The translations under genes were made by a program, and so were the position numbers. A model generated the notes under the pieces. It was given only the letters and a program-made list of their open reading frames with translations, did no database searches and was not told the origin of the DNA. Positions 22,172-31,438 of a stretch of DNA of 64,000 bases are shown here, one piece after another. The stretch comes from Escherichia phage T4. Location: sequence record OL964735.1. One strand, 5' to 3'. Position 1 is the stretch's first letter. Every line of letters begins with the position of its first letter.

Positions 22172-23266
22172 ATGGCAATTGTTAAAGAAATAACTGCTGA
22201 TTTAATTAAAAAGTCCGGTGAGAAAATTTCAGCCGGACAGAGTACTAAATCAGAAGTAGGAACTAAAACATACACAGCCCAGTTTCCAACTGGGCGTGCT
22301 AGTGGTAATGACACTACAGAGGACTTCCAGGTAACAGATCTATATAAGAATGGATTATTATTTACTGCATACAATATGTCATCTAGGGATTCTGGAAGTC
22401 TTAGATCGATGAGATCTAACTACTCTTCTTCATCTTCGAGTATTTTACGTACAGCTAGAAACACTATTAGTAGTACAGTATCAAAACTATCAAATGGATT
22501 AATATCAAATAATAATTCAGGAACAATAAGTAAATCTCCTATCGCAAACATTCTTTTACCGAGATCTAAATCTGATGTTGATACATCATCACATAGATTT
22601 AATGATGTTCAAGAAAGCCTTATCAGTAGAGGCGGAGGTACTGCTACTGGTGTGCTAAGTAATATTGCTTCAACCGCAGTATTTGGGGCACTGGAAAGTA
22701 TAACACAAGGTATAATGGCTGATAATAATGAACAGATTTATACGACAGCCAGAAGTATGTATGGTGGTGCTGAAAATAGAACTAAAGTGTTTACATGGGA
22801 TTTGACTCCACGTTCAACAGAAGATTTAATGGCTATTATTAATATCTATCAATATTTTAACTATTTTTCTTATGGTGAAACGGGTAAATCTCAATATGCT
22901 GCTGAAATAAAGGGGTATTTAGATGATTGGTATCGTTCTACGTTAATTGAACCTTTATCTCCGGAAGACGCAGCTAAAAATAAAACACTATTTGAGAAAA
23001 TGACATCGAGTTTAACTAACGTTCTAGTAGTTTCAAACCCGACAGTTTGGATGGTGAAAAACTTTGGCGCAACATCTAAGTTTGATGGAAAAACGGAAAT
23101 ATTTGGTCCATGTCAAATACAGAGCATTAGATTTGATAAAACACCTAATGGTAACTTTAACGGATTAGCTATTGCTCCAAACCTCCCTAGTACATTTACT
23201 CTCGAGATTACTATGAGAGAAATTATCACGTTAAACCGTGCTTCTTTATATGCGGGGACTTTTTAA
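22172..23266 (+). CDS. 48: baseplate tail tube cap (T4 gp48)
   Basis: 364-aa ORF. Confidence 0.92.
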   Translation: MAIVKEITADLIKKSGEKISAGQSTKSEVGTKTYTAQFPTGRASGNDTTEDFQVTDLYKNGLLFTAYNMSSRDSGSLRSMRSNYSSSSSSILRTARNTISSTVSKLSNGLISNNNSGTISKSPIANILLPRSKSDVDTSSHRFNDVQESLISRGGGTATGVLSNIASTAVFGALESITQGIMADNNEQIYTTARSMYGGAENRTKVFTWDLTPRSTEDLMAIINIYQYFNYFSYGETGKSQYAAEIKGYLDDWYRSTLIEPLSPEDAAKNKTLFEKMTSSLTNVLVVSNPTVWMVKNFGATSKFDGKTEIFGPCQIQSIRFDKTPNGNFNGLAIAPNLPSTFTLEITMREIITLNRASLYAGTF

Positions 23267-24231
23267 TGTATTCTTTAGAGGAATTTAATAATCAAGCAAT
23301 AAACGCAGATTTCCAACGTAATAATATGTTTAGCTGCGTTTTTGCGACAACTCCATCAACTAAAAGCTCTTCGTTGATAAGTTCAATTAGCAACTTTTCT
23401 TATAATAACTTGGGCCTAAATTCAGATTGGTTAGGATTAACTCAAGGTGATATTAATCAGGGAATTACCACGCTAATTACAGCTGGCACACAAAAACTGA
23501 TAAGAAAATCAGGAGTCAGTAAATATCTTATTGGTGCCATGAGTCAACGTACAGTTCAAAGTTTATTAGGCTCATTTACAGTTGGTACATATTTAATTGA
23601 CTTCTTTAACATGGCATATAACTCATCTGGATTGATGATATACTCTGTAAAAATGCCAGAGAATAGATTATCCTATGAAACTGACTGGAACTATAATTCT
23701 CCTAATATTCGTATAACCGGAAGAGAATTAGACCCTTTGGTTATTTCATTTAGAATGGATTCAGAAGCTTGTAACTATCGTGCAATGCAAGACTGGGTTA
23801 ACTCCGTTCAAGACCCAGTAACTGGACTGCGTGCTTTGCCACAAGATGTCGAGGCAGATATTCAGGTTAATCTTCATTCTCGCAATGGATTACCTCATAC
23901 TGCGGTGATGTTCACCGGATGCATTCCAATATCAGTGAGCGCTCCTGAGTTATCATATGATGGAGATAACCAAATAACTACATTTGATGTTACTTTTGCG
24001 TACAGAGTGATGCAGGCTGGAGCAGTTGATAGGCAAGCTGCGCTTGAATGGCTTGAATCTGCTGCTATAAATGGTATTCAAAGCGTTCTCGGAAATAGTG
24101 GAGGTGTTACTGGACTATCTAATTCGCTTTCACGACTTAGTAGATTAGGGGGAACTGCAGGAAGCATTTCAAACATTAATACTATGACAGGAATTGTCAA
24201 TTCGCAGAGTAAAATATTAGGAGCAATATAA
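23266..24231 (+). CDS. 54: baseplate tail tube initiator (T4 gp54)
   Basis: 321-aa ORF, TAATG overlap with gene 48. Confidence 0.92.
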   Translation: MYSLEEFNNQAINADFQRNNMFSCVFATTPSTKSSSLISSISNFSYNNLGLNSDWLGLTQGDINQGITTLITAGTQKLIRKSGVSKYLIGAMSQRTVQSLLGSFTVGTYLIDFFNMAYNSSGLMIYSVKMPENRLSYETDWNYNSPNIRITGRELDPLVISFRMDSEACNYRAMQDWVNSVQDPVTGLRALPQDVEADIQVNLHSRNGLPHTAVMFTGCIPISVSAPELSYDGDNQITTFDVTFAYRVMQAGAVDRQAALEWLESAAINGIQSVLGNSGGVTGLSNSLSRLSRLGGTAGSISNINTMTGIVNSQSKILGAI

Positions 24232-24235
24232 CAAT

Positions 24236-24260
24236 GGGGACCGAAAGGTCCCCATATTTT
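24236..24260 (+). terminator. intrinsic terminator after gene 54
   Basis: GGGGACC-GAAA-GGTCCCC hairpin followed by ATATTTTTATTT. Confidence 0.7.
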
Positions 24261-24550
24261 TATTTACGGAATGAAATGAAAGCAGCAACTGAAGCAACTA
24301 AACTGTCTTCAATATAAACTTCAATTTTTACAGGAGCTTCTGACTCAAATTTACCTGTTACTACACCCTGAAAAATACTTTCAGTCTGTTCTGGCTTTGA
24401 AAAATTTTCAGAAGGAAAAATTCCGAACTTTTTATCTGTTCCAAAAATTTTGATAAATTCATCGTAAACCGCTTCGTTAAAAGCATTATCAGCAGGAATA
24501 ACGCCTTCAACTACAAGTTCTTGACCTAAAAAGCGTAAAGAAGATTTCAT
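24260..24550 (-). CDS. hypothetical protein (T4 alt.-3 position)
   Basis: 96-aa ORF downstream of early promoter cassette. Confidence 0.7.
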   Translation of the reverse strand: MKSSLRFLGQELVVEGVIPADNAFNEAVYDEFIKIFGTDKKFGIFPSENFSKPEQTESIFQGVVTGKFESEAPVKIEVYIEDSLVASVAAFISFRK

Positions 24551-24557
24551 TTTGTGT

Positions 24558-24611
24558 TCCTCATGTTATGTTAGTAAGACTACTATAACACAACACGAGG
24601 GACTTGTAAAC
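24558..24611. repeat. 54-bp promoter/RBS cassette, copy 1 (pairs with 37700-37753)
   Basis: 53 of 54 identical to 37700-37753. Confidence 0.85.
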
Positions 24612-24612
24612 T
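24575..24612 (-). promoter_or_regulatory. early promoter (GTTTACA -35, 17-nt spacer, TGTTATAGT extended -10)
   Basis: minus strand motifs with sigma70-like spacing upstream of alt.-3 ORF. Confidence 0.6.
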
Positions 24613-24786
24613 ACATTTTGAACTTTTTAGTACGCGTAATAGGCATGCGTCGATTTTATACTGTTTCATTGTTTGAAGAGCAGTATCAAAAACAGCATTA
24701 ATGACACCAATTGGATTTCCACCCAAGTTTTTAAGCTTAACTAATGATAGTTTCTCATTAACACCTATCATTACGATATGCATCAT
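24583..24786 (-). CDS. Alt-like fragment ORF (T4 alt.-2 position), paralog of Alt residues ~65-125
   Basis: 67-aa ORF; MMHIV...QTMKQYKIDACLLRVLKS aligns to Alt MMHIV...QTMRQYKIDACMLRILKS. Confidence 0.6.
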   Translation of the reverse strand: MMHIVMIGVNEKLSLVKLKNLGGNPIGVINAVFDTALQTMKQYKIDACLLRVLKSSKCSLQVPRVVL

Positions 24787-24968
24787 TTTATCGCCTGGTT
24801 TAACGTTTTATTTGTATCACCGCCAGAGGTGTATGTACAAAATCTAAATCCAGGAAGTACACTTTCTTCACCGGCTTGAATAGCAAAAATTTGTGGTATT
24901 TTATGCTTAGGATTTAAGTTAACAACCGGCGCCGAAGCGCCGTCAAATAATTCTGTAATAAGTTCCAT
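24783..24968 (-). CDS. Alt-like fragment ORF (T4 alt.-1 position), paralog of Alt residues ~2-62
   Basis: 61-aa ORF; MELITELFD...KIPQIF...PGFRFCTYTSGGDTN aligns to Alt N-terminus. Confidence 0.6.
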   Translation of the reverse strand: MELITELFDGASAPVVNLNPKHKIPQIFAIQAGEESVLPGFRFCTYTSGGDTNKTLNQAIK

Positions 24969-24971
24969 GAT

Positions 24972-27020
24972 TTATCCTTGAACGAACTTGTAAGGCATGT
25001 TTGCAATATCTATGCAAGACGCAATAATTCCAAGAGATGATTCTACTTTCTGTTTAACATTTGATGAAACAAATGATGCAAAGTCAACTCTATCTTCTAT
25101 ATCACCTGTCATTGTAACCAATTCACCAGTTTCCATTAAATGGTCTCCGTCATAGATTACCGATTCGGTGAGTTCTTCTGTGGTCATAACTTCAGCTTGA
25201 ATAAGCTTGTTGTTAGTTTTAACTGTTCCATCATTGTAAGATGCATCGGTTATTTTATTAACTTTGACCATTAATCCACGTGGCAAAATGACTTCCATTT
25301 CATTTGAAGGCGCTAAACTTCCACCGGGTAAAACAACATTGACCTTATCAGCCCCAGTAATAACCCATCCAATTCCAACTAAATTATCGCTAGAATTTAC
25401 AAGTCCTTCATCAGTTTTATCAATAGAAACGCTTAAACGCTTTTCGTCTGGTAAAACACCTATAGATGAATCAGTCATCCAAGTACCAAAAATATTTGGA
25501 TATAATGATGTTGACACAAAGTTTCTAAAATAAAAAACTCGATTTTTTACCATTGCTTCGTATATTGAAGGTAACATTCGTTGTGAACGATACAAAGTAA
25601 TACCTTTTGGTAATCGTTCACCATTTTTAAAGGCTGAATCTAAATTATCAATAGCTTTTTCTATGTCAGATGCTGTCAAAATACTTGTACGCTCATCTGG
25701 ATTATATAATCCCAAAAGAGCATTATTTATGTCTACATATCCTGAACCTACGTATTCACGAATTCCGCGTTTTTGCGCTGGTGTGTATTTAGATGAATCT
25801 TTATTTTCGACTATAGGATGTAATGACCATCCAGCGGTAAGAGCATATCCACGTAATTCTCTTCGAATAATCTTTGTTTTTATTGCATTCCAAGAATTTT
25901 GTACTAACTCATTTGCAGCATCTTGGTTTAAATGCGAATGTTTGTTAATATTTCTTTCAAACCAAGCACCCTTATATTTTTCTAAAGTATCATCGACGAT
26001 AGAAGCAATAGTTTCTAAGGTTTTTATTGAAGTAATAGATTCTTTTCGTAATCTTTCTAAAGCTTTATTTTTTATTTCTGCGTTAATAATGGATTCTTTA
26101 TCTTCAGGAATTATAGAAGCTTCTCTGAATGCCATCCCAGCTGTAACACTGCTAAGAGCATTCTCTAGTGCAAATCCTGAAGTAGAAATTACCGTTAATT
26201 CATTAGAATCAGAAATTAAAGGCGCGTCCGCTGGTTTATTTAATTCGGCCGCTGAAGCCTCAAATTTTTGAAACATTGGTGTTTCAAATCTAGAAGATTC
26301 CAATGACTGACTTTGCGCAATTGCTCTACGGGAAATTTTAACTTTAACGATTACAGCTTGGTCAGAACGTTTATCATTTTCTTGCGCAATAGATGCTGCA
26401 ATTGCCTCATTTTTAGTTACTTGAGCCCCAGTATCTTTATTGATATAAACATCACCGACCTTCGATTCAACTTTAGTAAAGAGCTCGGTACTAATTTCCG
26501 GAACTCCTGGAATGTCTTCTAGTGATACATTTTTGCGATGTATAAGAATATATGCATACTTTTTATCGTAATCCCAGAGTTCCTTAAGAAGGACGTATCT
26601 ACCACCTGAACGACTACGGATAAGTCTATCAGCAATAACTTGAATTTGTCGAGCTTGGCCAGCAGTTTTAGACTTAAGAATACGGAGCATACAGGCATCA
26701 ATTTTATACTGGCGCATTGTTTGCATTGCAACAGTAAAAACTGAATTGATATAATTAATTGGGCTTGGACCAAGACCTTTTAATTTAGCAATTGAACCTT
26801 TAGCAGTTAATGTAAAAGGAACAATATGCATCATTTTATCGCCCATCTTTAAATCACGATTAGTATCACCTCCAGATGTATAGGTACATAAACGAAAGCC
26901 TGGTTGTTCAATTGCATCATCAACATGAACTGAAAAAATTTGCGGTATTTTCTTCTTTGGATATAAGTTTGTAATTGGAAGAGTAGTATCTTCGTCAAAT
27001 AATTCTGTAATAAGTTCCAT
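24972..27020 (-). CDS. alt: Alt ADP-ribosyltransferase (virion-packaged)
   Basis: track gives 683 aa from the first of two ATGs; GAGG RBS spacing favours the second ATG (682 aa). Confidence 0.93.
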   Translation of the reverse strand: MELITELFDEDTTLPITNLYPKKKIPQIFSVHVDDAIEQPGFRLCTYTSGGDTNRDLKMGDKMMHIVPFTLTAKGSIAKLKGLGPSPINYINSVFTVAMQTMRQYKIDACMLRILKSKTAGQARQIQVIADRLIRSRSGGRYVLLKELWDYDKKYAYILIHRKNVSLEDIPGVPEISTELFTKVESKVGDVYINKDTGAQVTKNEAIAASIAQENDKRSDQAVIVKVKISRRAIAQSQSLESSRFETPMFQKFEASAAELNKPADAPLISDSNELTVISTSGFALENALSSVTAGMAFREASIIPEDKESIINAEIKNKALERLRKESITSIKTLETIASIVDDTLEKYKGAWFERNINKHSHLNQDAANELVQNSWNAIKTKIIRRELRGYALTAGWSLHPIVENKDSSKYTPAQKRGIREYVGSGYVDINNALLGLYNPDERTSILTASDIEKAIDNLDSAFKNGERLPKGITLYRSQRMLPSIYEAMVKNRVFYFRNFVSTSLYPNIFGTWMTDSSIGVLPDEKRLSVSIDKTDEGLVNSSDNLVGIGWVITGADKVNVVLPGGSLAPSNEMEVILPRGLMVKVNKITDASYNDGTVKTNNKLIQAEVMTTEELTESVIYDGDHLMETGELVTMTGDIEDRVDFASFVSSNVKQKVESSLGIIASCIDIANMPYKFVQG

Positions 27021-27048
27021 CATATCCTCTCTAGTGTTTATTCTATTC

Positions 27049-27056
27049 TATTTATA
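27049..27056 (-). promoter_or_regulatory. late promoter TATAAATA upstream of alt
   Basis: minus strand exact motif about 29 nt upstream of alt ATG. Confidence 0.55.
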
Positions 27057-27077
27057 AAATTAAAGGCCCGAAGGCCT

Positions 27078-27266
27078 TTAATAATCTATTGGTAAGAGAG
27101 TACGATATATTTCAAACTTTGGACCTTTTTCATAAGCATCAAATGTTTCTGTGAATTTATTATAAGCATATGCATCTATAAATTCAATCATGATTTGTGA
27201 TACAGAAGTAGAAACATCTCCACCTTCTTTTTGAGCCACGACAATTGTTTCTAAGTAAGCTTTCAT
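27078..27266 (-). CDS. hypothetical protein (T4 alt.1 position)
   Basis: 62-aa ORF. Confidence 0.65.
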   Translation of the reverse strand: MKAYLETIVVAQKEGGDVSTSVSQIMIEFIDAYAYNKFTETFDAYEKGPKFEIYRTLLPIDY

Positions 27267-28726
27267 AGACCAGTTACCTCATGAAAATCACCAAATACAT
27301 CTTCGAATGTATTAGCTTTAGTTTTATCTTCACGTAAACGAATCGCAATCGGAAGAAATAATTTAACGTAATCAGTGCGGCCATCAGATTTTAACCAACC
27401 GTTGCATTCGCACTCTAGAATTTTTCCAATATAATAATTTTGGTTTTCCATAATGCGAGTACGGTCAAGTTCATGCGATTTTACACCGGCTTTATCTTTT
27501 AAGCCTGAACCAGCATTTACCTTAATTTTTCCACACTCTGACTCAAGAATAAATCCACCCGCTTTAGTAGGGTCTTTACGGTGAGGATAAATTCCTACAA
27601 TTTTTAAATCAACATCAATTACTTCTTTAAATTTATAAAGATTTTTTGAACGAGCATTTTCCCATAATCCATCGATATTTTTGAGAATAATACCTTCAAG
27701 ACCTTGGTCAATATACTTTTTATAAATTACCTTAGCTTCATCTAGGTTATTTACTACCTGGTTTTCAATTAAAATTACTTTATCATATCCAGATGTCATT
27801 TGTTCTAGTTTAGAAAAACGTACATCATATTTCAAACGAAATGCAGGAAGACTGTATATTTCTACCAACGGGACATAATCCCAGACCTGAAACTTCATGC
27901 ATTGTGCTTCTTTTTCAGAAATGGTTCCCTTTAAAGATTTATTGGCGATTCCATTAGAAGCAGTACGTGATTCAGCTACTTCGGCGAATTCTTTAGCTTT
28001 ACTGTTTTCAGGATAAGCATCAAAAAGAAAATCTAGGCCTTCTGGCTCCTTTTTAACTTGCTCATGGTATACCAATTCGCCATCAATCAACACACCTTCT
28101 GGATGAATCTGGCGGGCTTCAGCGGTCATTTTAATTAACTCTTCCTTAAGAAGATCTAATCCTAGATATTCATTACCAGCTCGTGATAAAAGACGAACAT
28201 CATCTAATTCATCACCTCTAACTTCAGCAAAACACCGAGCTCCATCAGCTTTTAACTGAGCAAAGGCTGGAAATTTGATATTCTTATTAATGCCTTTTTC
28301 ATCATAAGAACTTGCGAGCATTTGAGGTTGTTCAGGAATTAAACCTGGCCAAACTTTGTTTGCAATAGATACTGAAGCACCACATTCAAGGTCTCGCATC
28401 ATCACTCGACGCAAAACTTCAACATCATCTTTTTTACCATCGGTGATATATCCAGTTAATTCCTCAATTGCTGCATTTCCAGTCAATTTCCGAGTAGCTA
28501 ATGTGAATTCAATGAAGTCAAGCATATCGGTAAGAGTCAACATTCCAAAACTCTGGGTAGCAATACCAGGTTTAGGCCATTTCTTGATATAATACTGTAA
28601 CCCACGAGAATAAGTCAGACGATATACTCGTTTAAGCAATTCATTATCTTTATTCTTTTCAAGAATTGCTTGCTTCTGTTTAGTTGAACCAATAGATGCT
28701 ATTTCGTTCAGAATTTTAAGAATCAT
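27263..28726 (-). CDS. 30: ATP-dependent DNA ligase (T4 gp30)
   Basis: 487-aa ORF; KxDG adenylation motif in QLKADGARCF. Confidence 0.96.
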   Translation of the reverse strand: MILKILNEIASIGSTKQKQAILEKNKDNELLKRVYRLTYSRGLQYYIKKWPKPGIATQSFGMLTLTDMLDFIEFTLATRKLTGNAAIEELTGYITDGKKDDVEVLRRVMMRDLECGASVSIANKVWPGLIPEQPQMLASSYDEKGINKNIKFPAFAQLKADGARCFAEVRGDELDDVRLLSRAGNEYLGLDLLKEELIKMTAEARQIHPEGVLIDGELVYHEQVKKEPEGLDFLFDAYPENSKAKEFAEVAESRTASNGIANKSLKGTISEKEAQCMKFQVWDYVPLVEIYSLPAFRLKYDVRFSKLEQMTSGYDKVILIENQVVNNLDEAKVIYKKYIDQGLEGIILKNIDGLWENARSKNLYKFKEVIDVDLKIVGIYPHRKDPTKAGGFILESECGKIKVNAGSGLKDKAGVKSHELDRTRIMENQNYYIGKILECECNGWLKSDGRTDYVKLFLPIAIRLREDKTKANTFEDVFGDFHEVTGL

Positions 28727-28992
28727 TGTTCATCCTTTAGAGTTTGGTTTACAGCTCTATTATAAATCAATTCATCATTAAGCTCAGTCAAAGACCTGTG
28801 GTACGTGGTTCTAACTTTATTTCCTTGCATCCAGTGCTTGATATAAATGAAACCTTGCTCTACACATTTTTTAAAAATTCGTTCGTCTTTTTGAGCTCGG
28901 AATTCTGGATTGCATCTAAAAAATTGATTTACGTGACCGTAATCACGTGTAGTATTACCTTCATTTTCATAAATAGTGTGAACAACAAACAT
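28723..28992 (-). CDS. hypothetical protein (30.1 position)
   Basis: 89-aa ORF. Confidence 0.65.
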   Translation of the reverse strand: MFVVHTIYENEGNTTRDYGHVNQFFRCNPEFRAQKDERIFKKCVEQGFIYIKHWMQGNKVRTTYHRSLTELNDELIYNRAVNQTLKDEQ

Positions 28993-29828
28993 TAGAATGC
29001 TCCTTGGAAAATATTATCACCACAAGTAGGTCTATTATACAAATACTCTATACCGCCGGGCTTAATATAGTTCCATGTCTGAAACGGATGCGTCTGATAT
29101 GGATGATATGGATTATAAGGATTAAATCCAGGAGTTCTCCAGGTAGTGTTCCAAGGAAAAGAATCGTTTTTAATCATCTTTTCAATTACATCTTTTATAG
29201 CTTTTTCACTATCAAAACTTTCTTTATTTTCCTTTGGTGAAAAAAGCTTATTCTCTACATCGTTCCATGTATAAACTCGCTGAGCAGTTTTTGGAATATT
29301 GTCACGCTCTCCTCGAGCCATCCAATACACAGGAACACGTAATATTTCACTCGCGTGATCGCAGTGGTGAGCGAGATCGTCAATATAACAAATTACGTTA
29401 TATTTCTCTTTTGCTTTTTTGAACAACTCTTCTTTTGAAGAATCATGACTACACATCAGTACTTCTGAGAAAGCACCAGGAAAAAGAGCATTCAAATTAA
29501 ATTGACGATTTAATAGAGCGTCAATAGAATCACCCAATGCTGTAACAGCAACAAAATTATAATCTTCTTTTAATTTGTTAATTACACACAGAGCATCTTT
29601 ATATGGAGACAAGTAACGAATAAAATCCGAACGATTGTATTTTTCAATTAACTTGACGCCAAGTTCTTCATCACAGTTAAAGAGTTTACCAGGAGAAATA
29701 AATTTCTCATCTTGGATCATTTTTAAAATATGTTCTAACGGAAGATTATATTTCTGAGCAAAATAAGGAAGGCCTGATTGCCAGCTTAAACATACTCCAT
29801 CAATATCAGTTAAAATAGTAGGCTTCAT
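28992..29828 (-). CDS. HAD-superfamily hydrolase-like protein (30.2 position)
   Basis: 278-aa ORF; N-terminal TDIDGV (HAD motif I-like) and YIDD (motif IV-like). Confidence 0.7.
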   Translation of the reverse strand: MKPTILTDIDGVCLSWQSGLPYFAQKYNLPLEHILKMIQDEKFISPGKLFNCDEELGVKLIEKYNRSDFIRYLSPYKDALCVINKLKEDYNFVAVTALGDSIDALLNRQFNLNALFPGAFSEVLMCSHDSSKEELFKKAKEKYNVICYIDDLAHHCDHASEILRVPVYWMARGERDNIPKTAQRVYTWNDVENKLFSPKENKESFDSEKAIKDVIEKMIKNDSFPWNTTWRTPGFNPYNPYHPYQTHPFQTWNYIKPGGIEYLYNRPTCGDNIFQGAF

Positions 29829-30289
29829 AGAGAGTCTCTTAATAGGTTTAACACATCAATAAATTCAGCTTCGGTTAGTATTGTATCATCTTTTGTTAGA
29901 CCACTAGCAATGCTGTGCTTCAAAACTTTTCCTTTCGAGGCTTGTAATGCATCACGAAAGCCCTTGTTTTGAATCGCTGCTTCAAAATATGCATTTGTGT
30001 ATAATTCTTTCCACGCCGGGGAGTATCTTGAAAACGGAACTCCAAGCCAAAAGAGGGTCCCACGGTCCTGAGCTCTAGCATAAGACCTTCCAGCTTGTTG
30101 GGCGGCAAGCCCGGATAACCCAAATATACGACGTTGTTGTTCAACATTTTTCACCTTACACCCTTGGAGGAATCCTTCAAGACCTCCAAATTGAATACCA
30201 TCCATAACGAAAGGCCATTGGGCGAAATTACTTAATGCACATGATGGCCACCTAAAATTGCTTCTAATCTCTAACTCAGACATTTTCAA
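29825..30289 (-). CDS. NADAR/YbiA-like domain protein (30.3 position)
   Basis: 154-aa ORF with ALSNFAQWPF...DG and EGFLQGCK motifs resembling the NADAR family. Confidence 0.65.
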   Translation of the reverse strand: MKMSELEIRSNFRWPSCALSNFAQWPFVMDGIQFGGLEGFLQGCKVKNVEQQRRIFGLSGLAAQQAGRSYARAQDRGTLFWLGVPFSRYSPAWKELYTNAYFEAAIQNKGFRDALQASKGKVLKHSIASGLTKDDTILTEAEFIDVLNLLRDSL

Positions 30290-30482
30290 TGCTTATAATT
30301 TCAACATCAGCCCAATGACCATAGCAAGGAAGACGAAATTCAACTGGCCAGTTAGGGTCCTTTTCTAATATAATAGACTCAACTTGTGGTTCTTCGTGTT
30401 CATCAGTATACGGATTTTTATCTGTTACTTTATATGTGACCTTAATGTACTGAATTCCAAAAATCTTATTAATTATATTCAT
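30276..30482 (-). CDS. hypothetical protein (30.x region)
   Basis: 68-aa ORF. Confidence 0.55.
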   Translation of the reverse strand: MNIINKIFGIQYIKVTYKVTDKNPYTDEHEEPQVESIILEKDPNWPVEFRLPCYGHWADVEIISIENV

Positions 30483-30676
30483 ACTAATTCCTTTAATCCG
30501 TAGATAGGAGATAATTCATCACCCATACGAAGGTCTTCATTTCCATCTACCCAGGAAACAATATAAGCCTCTTTTATTTGAATACCACTCCATTTAAATG
30601 GAGGTAGAACCTTAGAAATTAATCCAGGTATACCAACTCCCTTTAATTCAACAGTTTGACCTAAAAAGAATTTCAT
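30479..30676 (-). CDS. hypothetical protein (30.x region)
   Basis: 65-aa ORF. Confidence 0.55.
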   Translation of the reverse strand: MKFFLGQTVELKGVGIPGLISKVLPPFKWSGIQIKEAYIVSWVDGNEDLRMGDELSPIYGLKELV

Positions 30677-30963
30677 TAGAACCTCATCTGAAAACCGTGC
30701 GATTTAACATTACCGCCGCCAATATCAGAAATGTTAATTTCACGCGCAATTGAAGGGTCAATGTCAATTTCACGATTGAGTTTAGTGATAGCTAAAGTAT
30801 CACGCCCATTTACAGTACGGAACTCTAAAGGACAAACCACATCAACGTAGTTTTTAATCGATTCGCTAGTAAGTTGCAAATGTGCAGGAAGGTCTTTAGG
30901 TGCCTTTGAGAAAACCACTTCACAGAAATTTTTGCGGGTATCAAAATAAGTAGTCATAAACAT
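30676..30963 (-). CDS. hypothetical protein (30.x region)
   Basis: 95-aa ORF with GAGGA RBS. Confidence 0.6.
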   Translation of the reverse strand: MFMTTYFDTRKNFCEVVFSKAPKDLPAHLQLTSESIKNYVDVVCPLEFRTVNGRDTLAITKLNREIDIDPSIAREINISDIGGGNVKSHGFQMRF

Positions 30964-31004
30964 AATATTTTCCTCAGTAAGGGGCTGAAGCCCCTCATTT
31001 TATT

Positions 31005-31370
31005 TTAAATATCAAATTCATTAAGAACTACATCAAAGATTGCTTCAAGATGCTCAGGTTTAGCTCTGTTACTCAGAATATGACGAATCCAAGTTTTAAC
31101 TAAGAGTTTACGATTAGCACCATTCCAGCAAGGATGAGTCCCTAAATCGCGTTGGCGGAAATCATCATCCAGAGCGATTTTGAAGTTGGAACCTTTCATC
31201 GTGATTGAAACCGTGATACCGTTTTCAAATCGCATATAAACGTAGTTAGGAGTCATATACTGTTCAATTTCGCATACTGATCCATTTTGATGTTTCCAGA
31301 GGCAAATAGTATCAATAGAACCTGCAATACCATTAGAAACATATTTACGTTCAAAGTTAATGTAGTTCAT
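31005..31370 (-). CDS. hypothetical protein (30.x region)
   Basis: 121-aa ORF. Confidence 0.6.
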   Translation of the reverse strand: MNYINFERKYVSNGIAGSIDTICLWKHQNGSVCEIEQYMTPNYVYMRFENGITVSITMKGSNFKIALDDDFRQRDLGTHPCWNGANRKLLVKTWIRHILSNRAKPEHLEAIFDVVLNEFDI

Positions 31371-31438
31371 TTTTATTCTCCGAGATGTTTAATTGCGGTA
31401 CAGGTATATAATATCATATCCTGTACCAAAGTAAACAA

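Noticed and set aside
25663-26271. 202-aa plus-strand ORF antisense to alt
   Set aside because: The opposite strand encodes Alt with a clear paralog alignment and RBS; long antisense ORFs are expected by chance in AT-rich coding DNA
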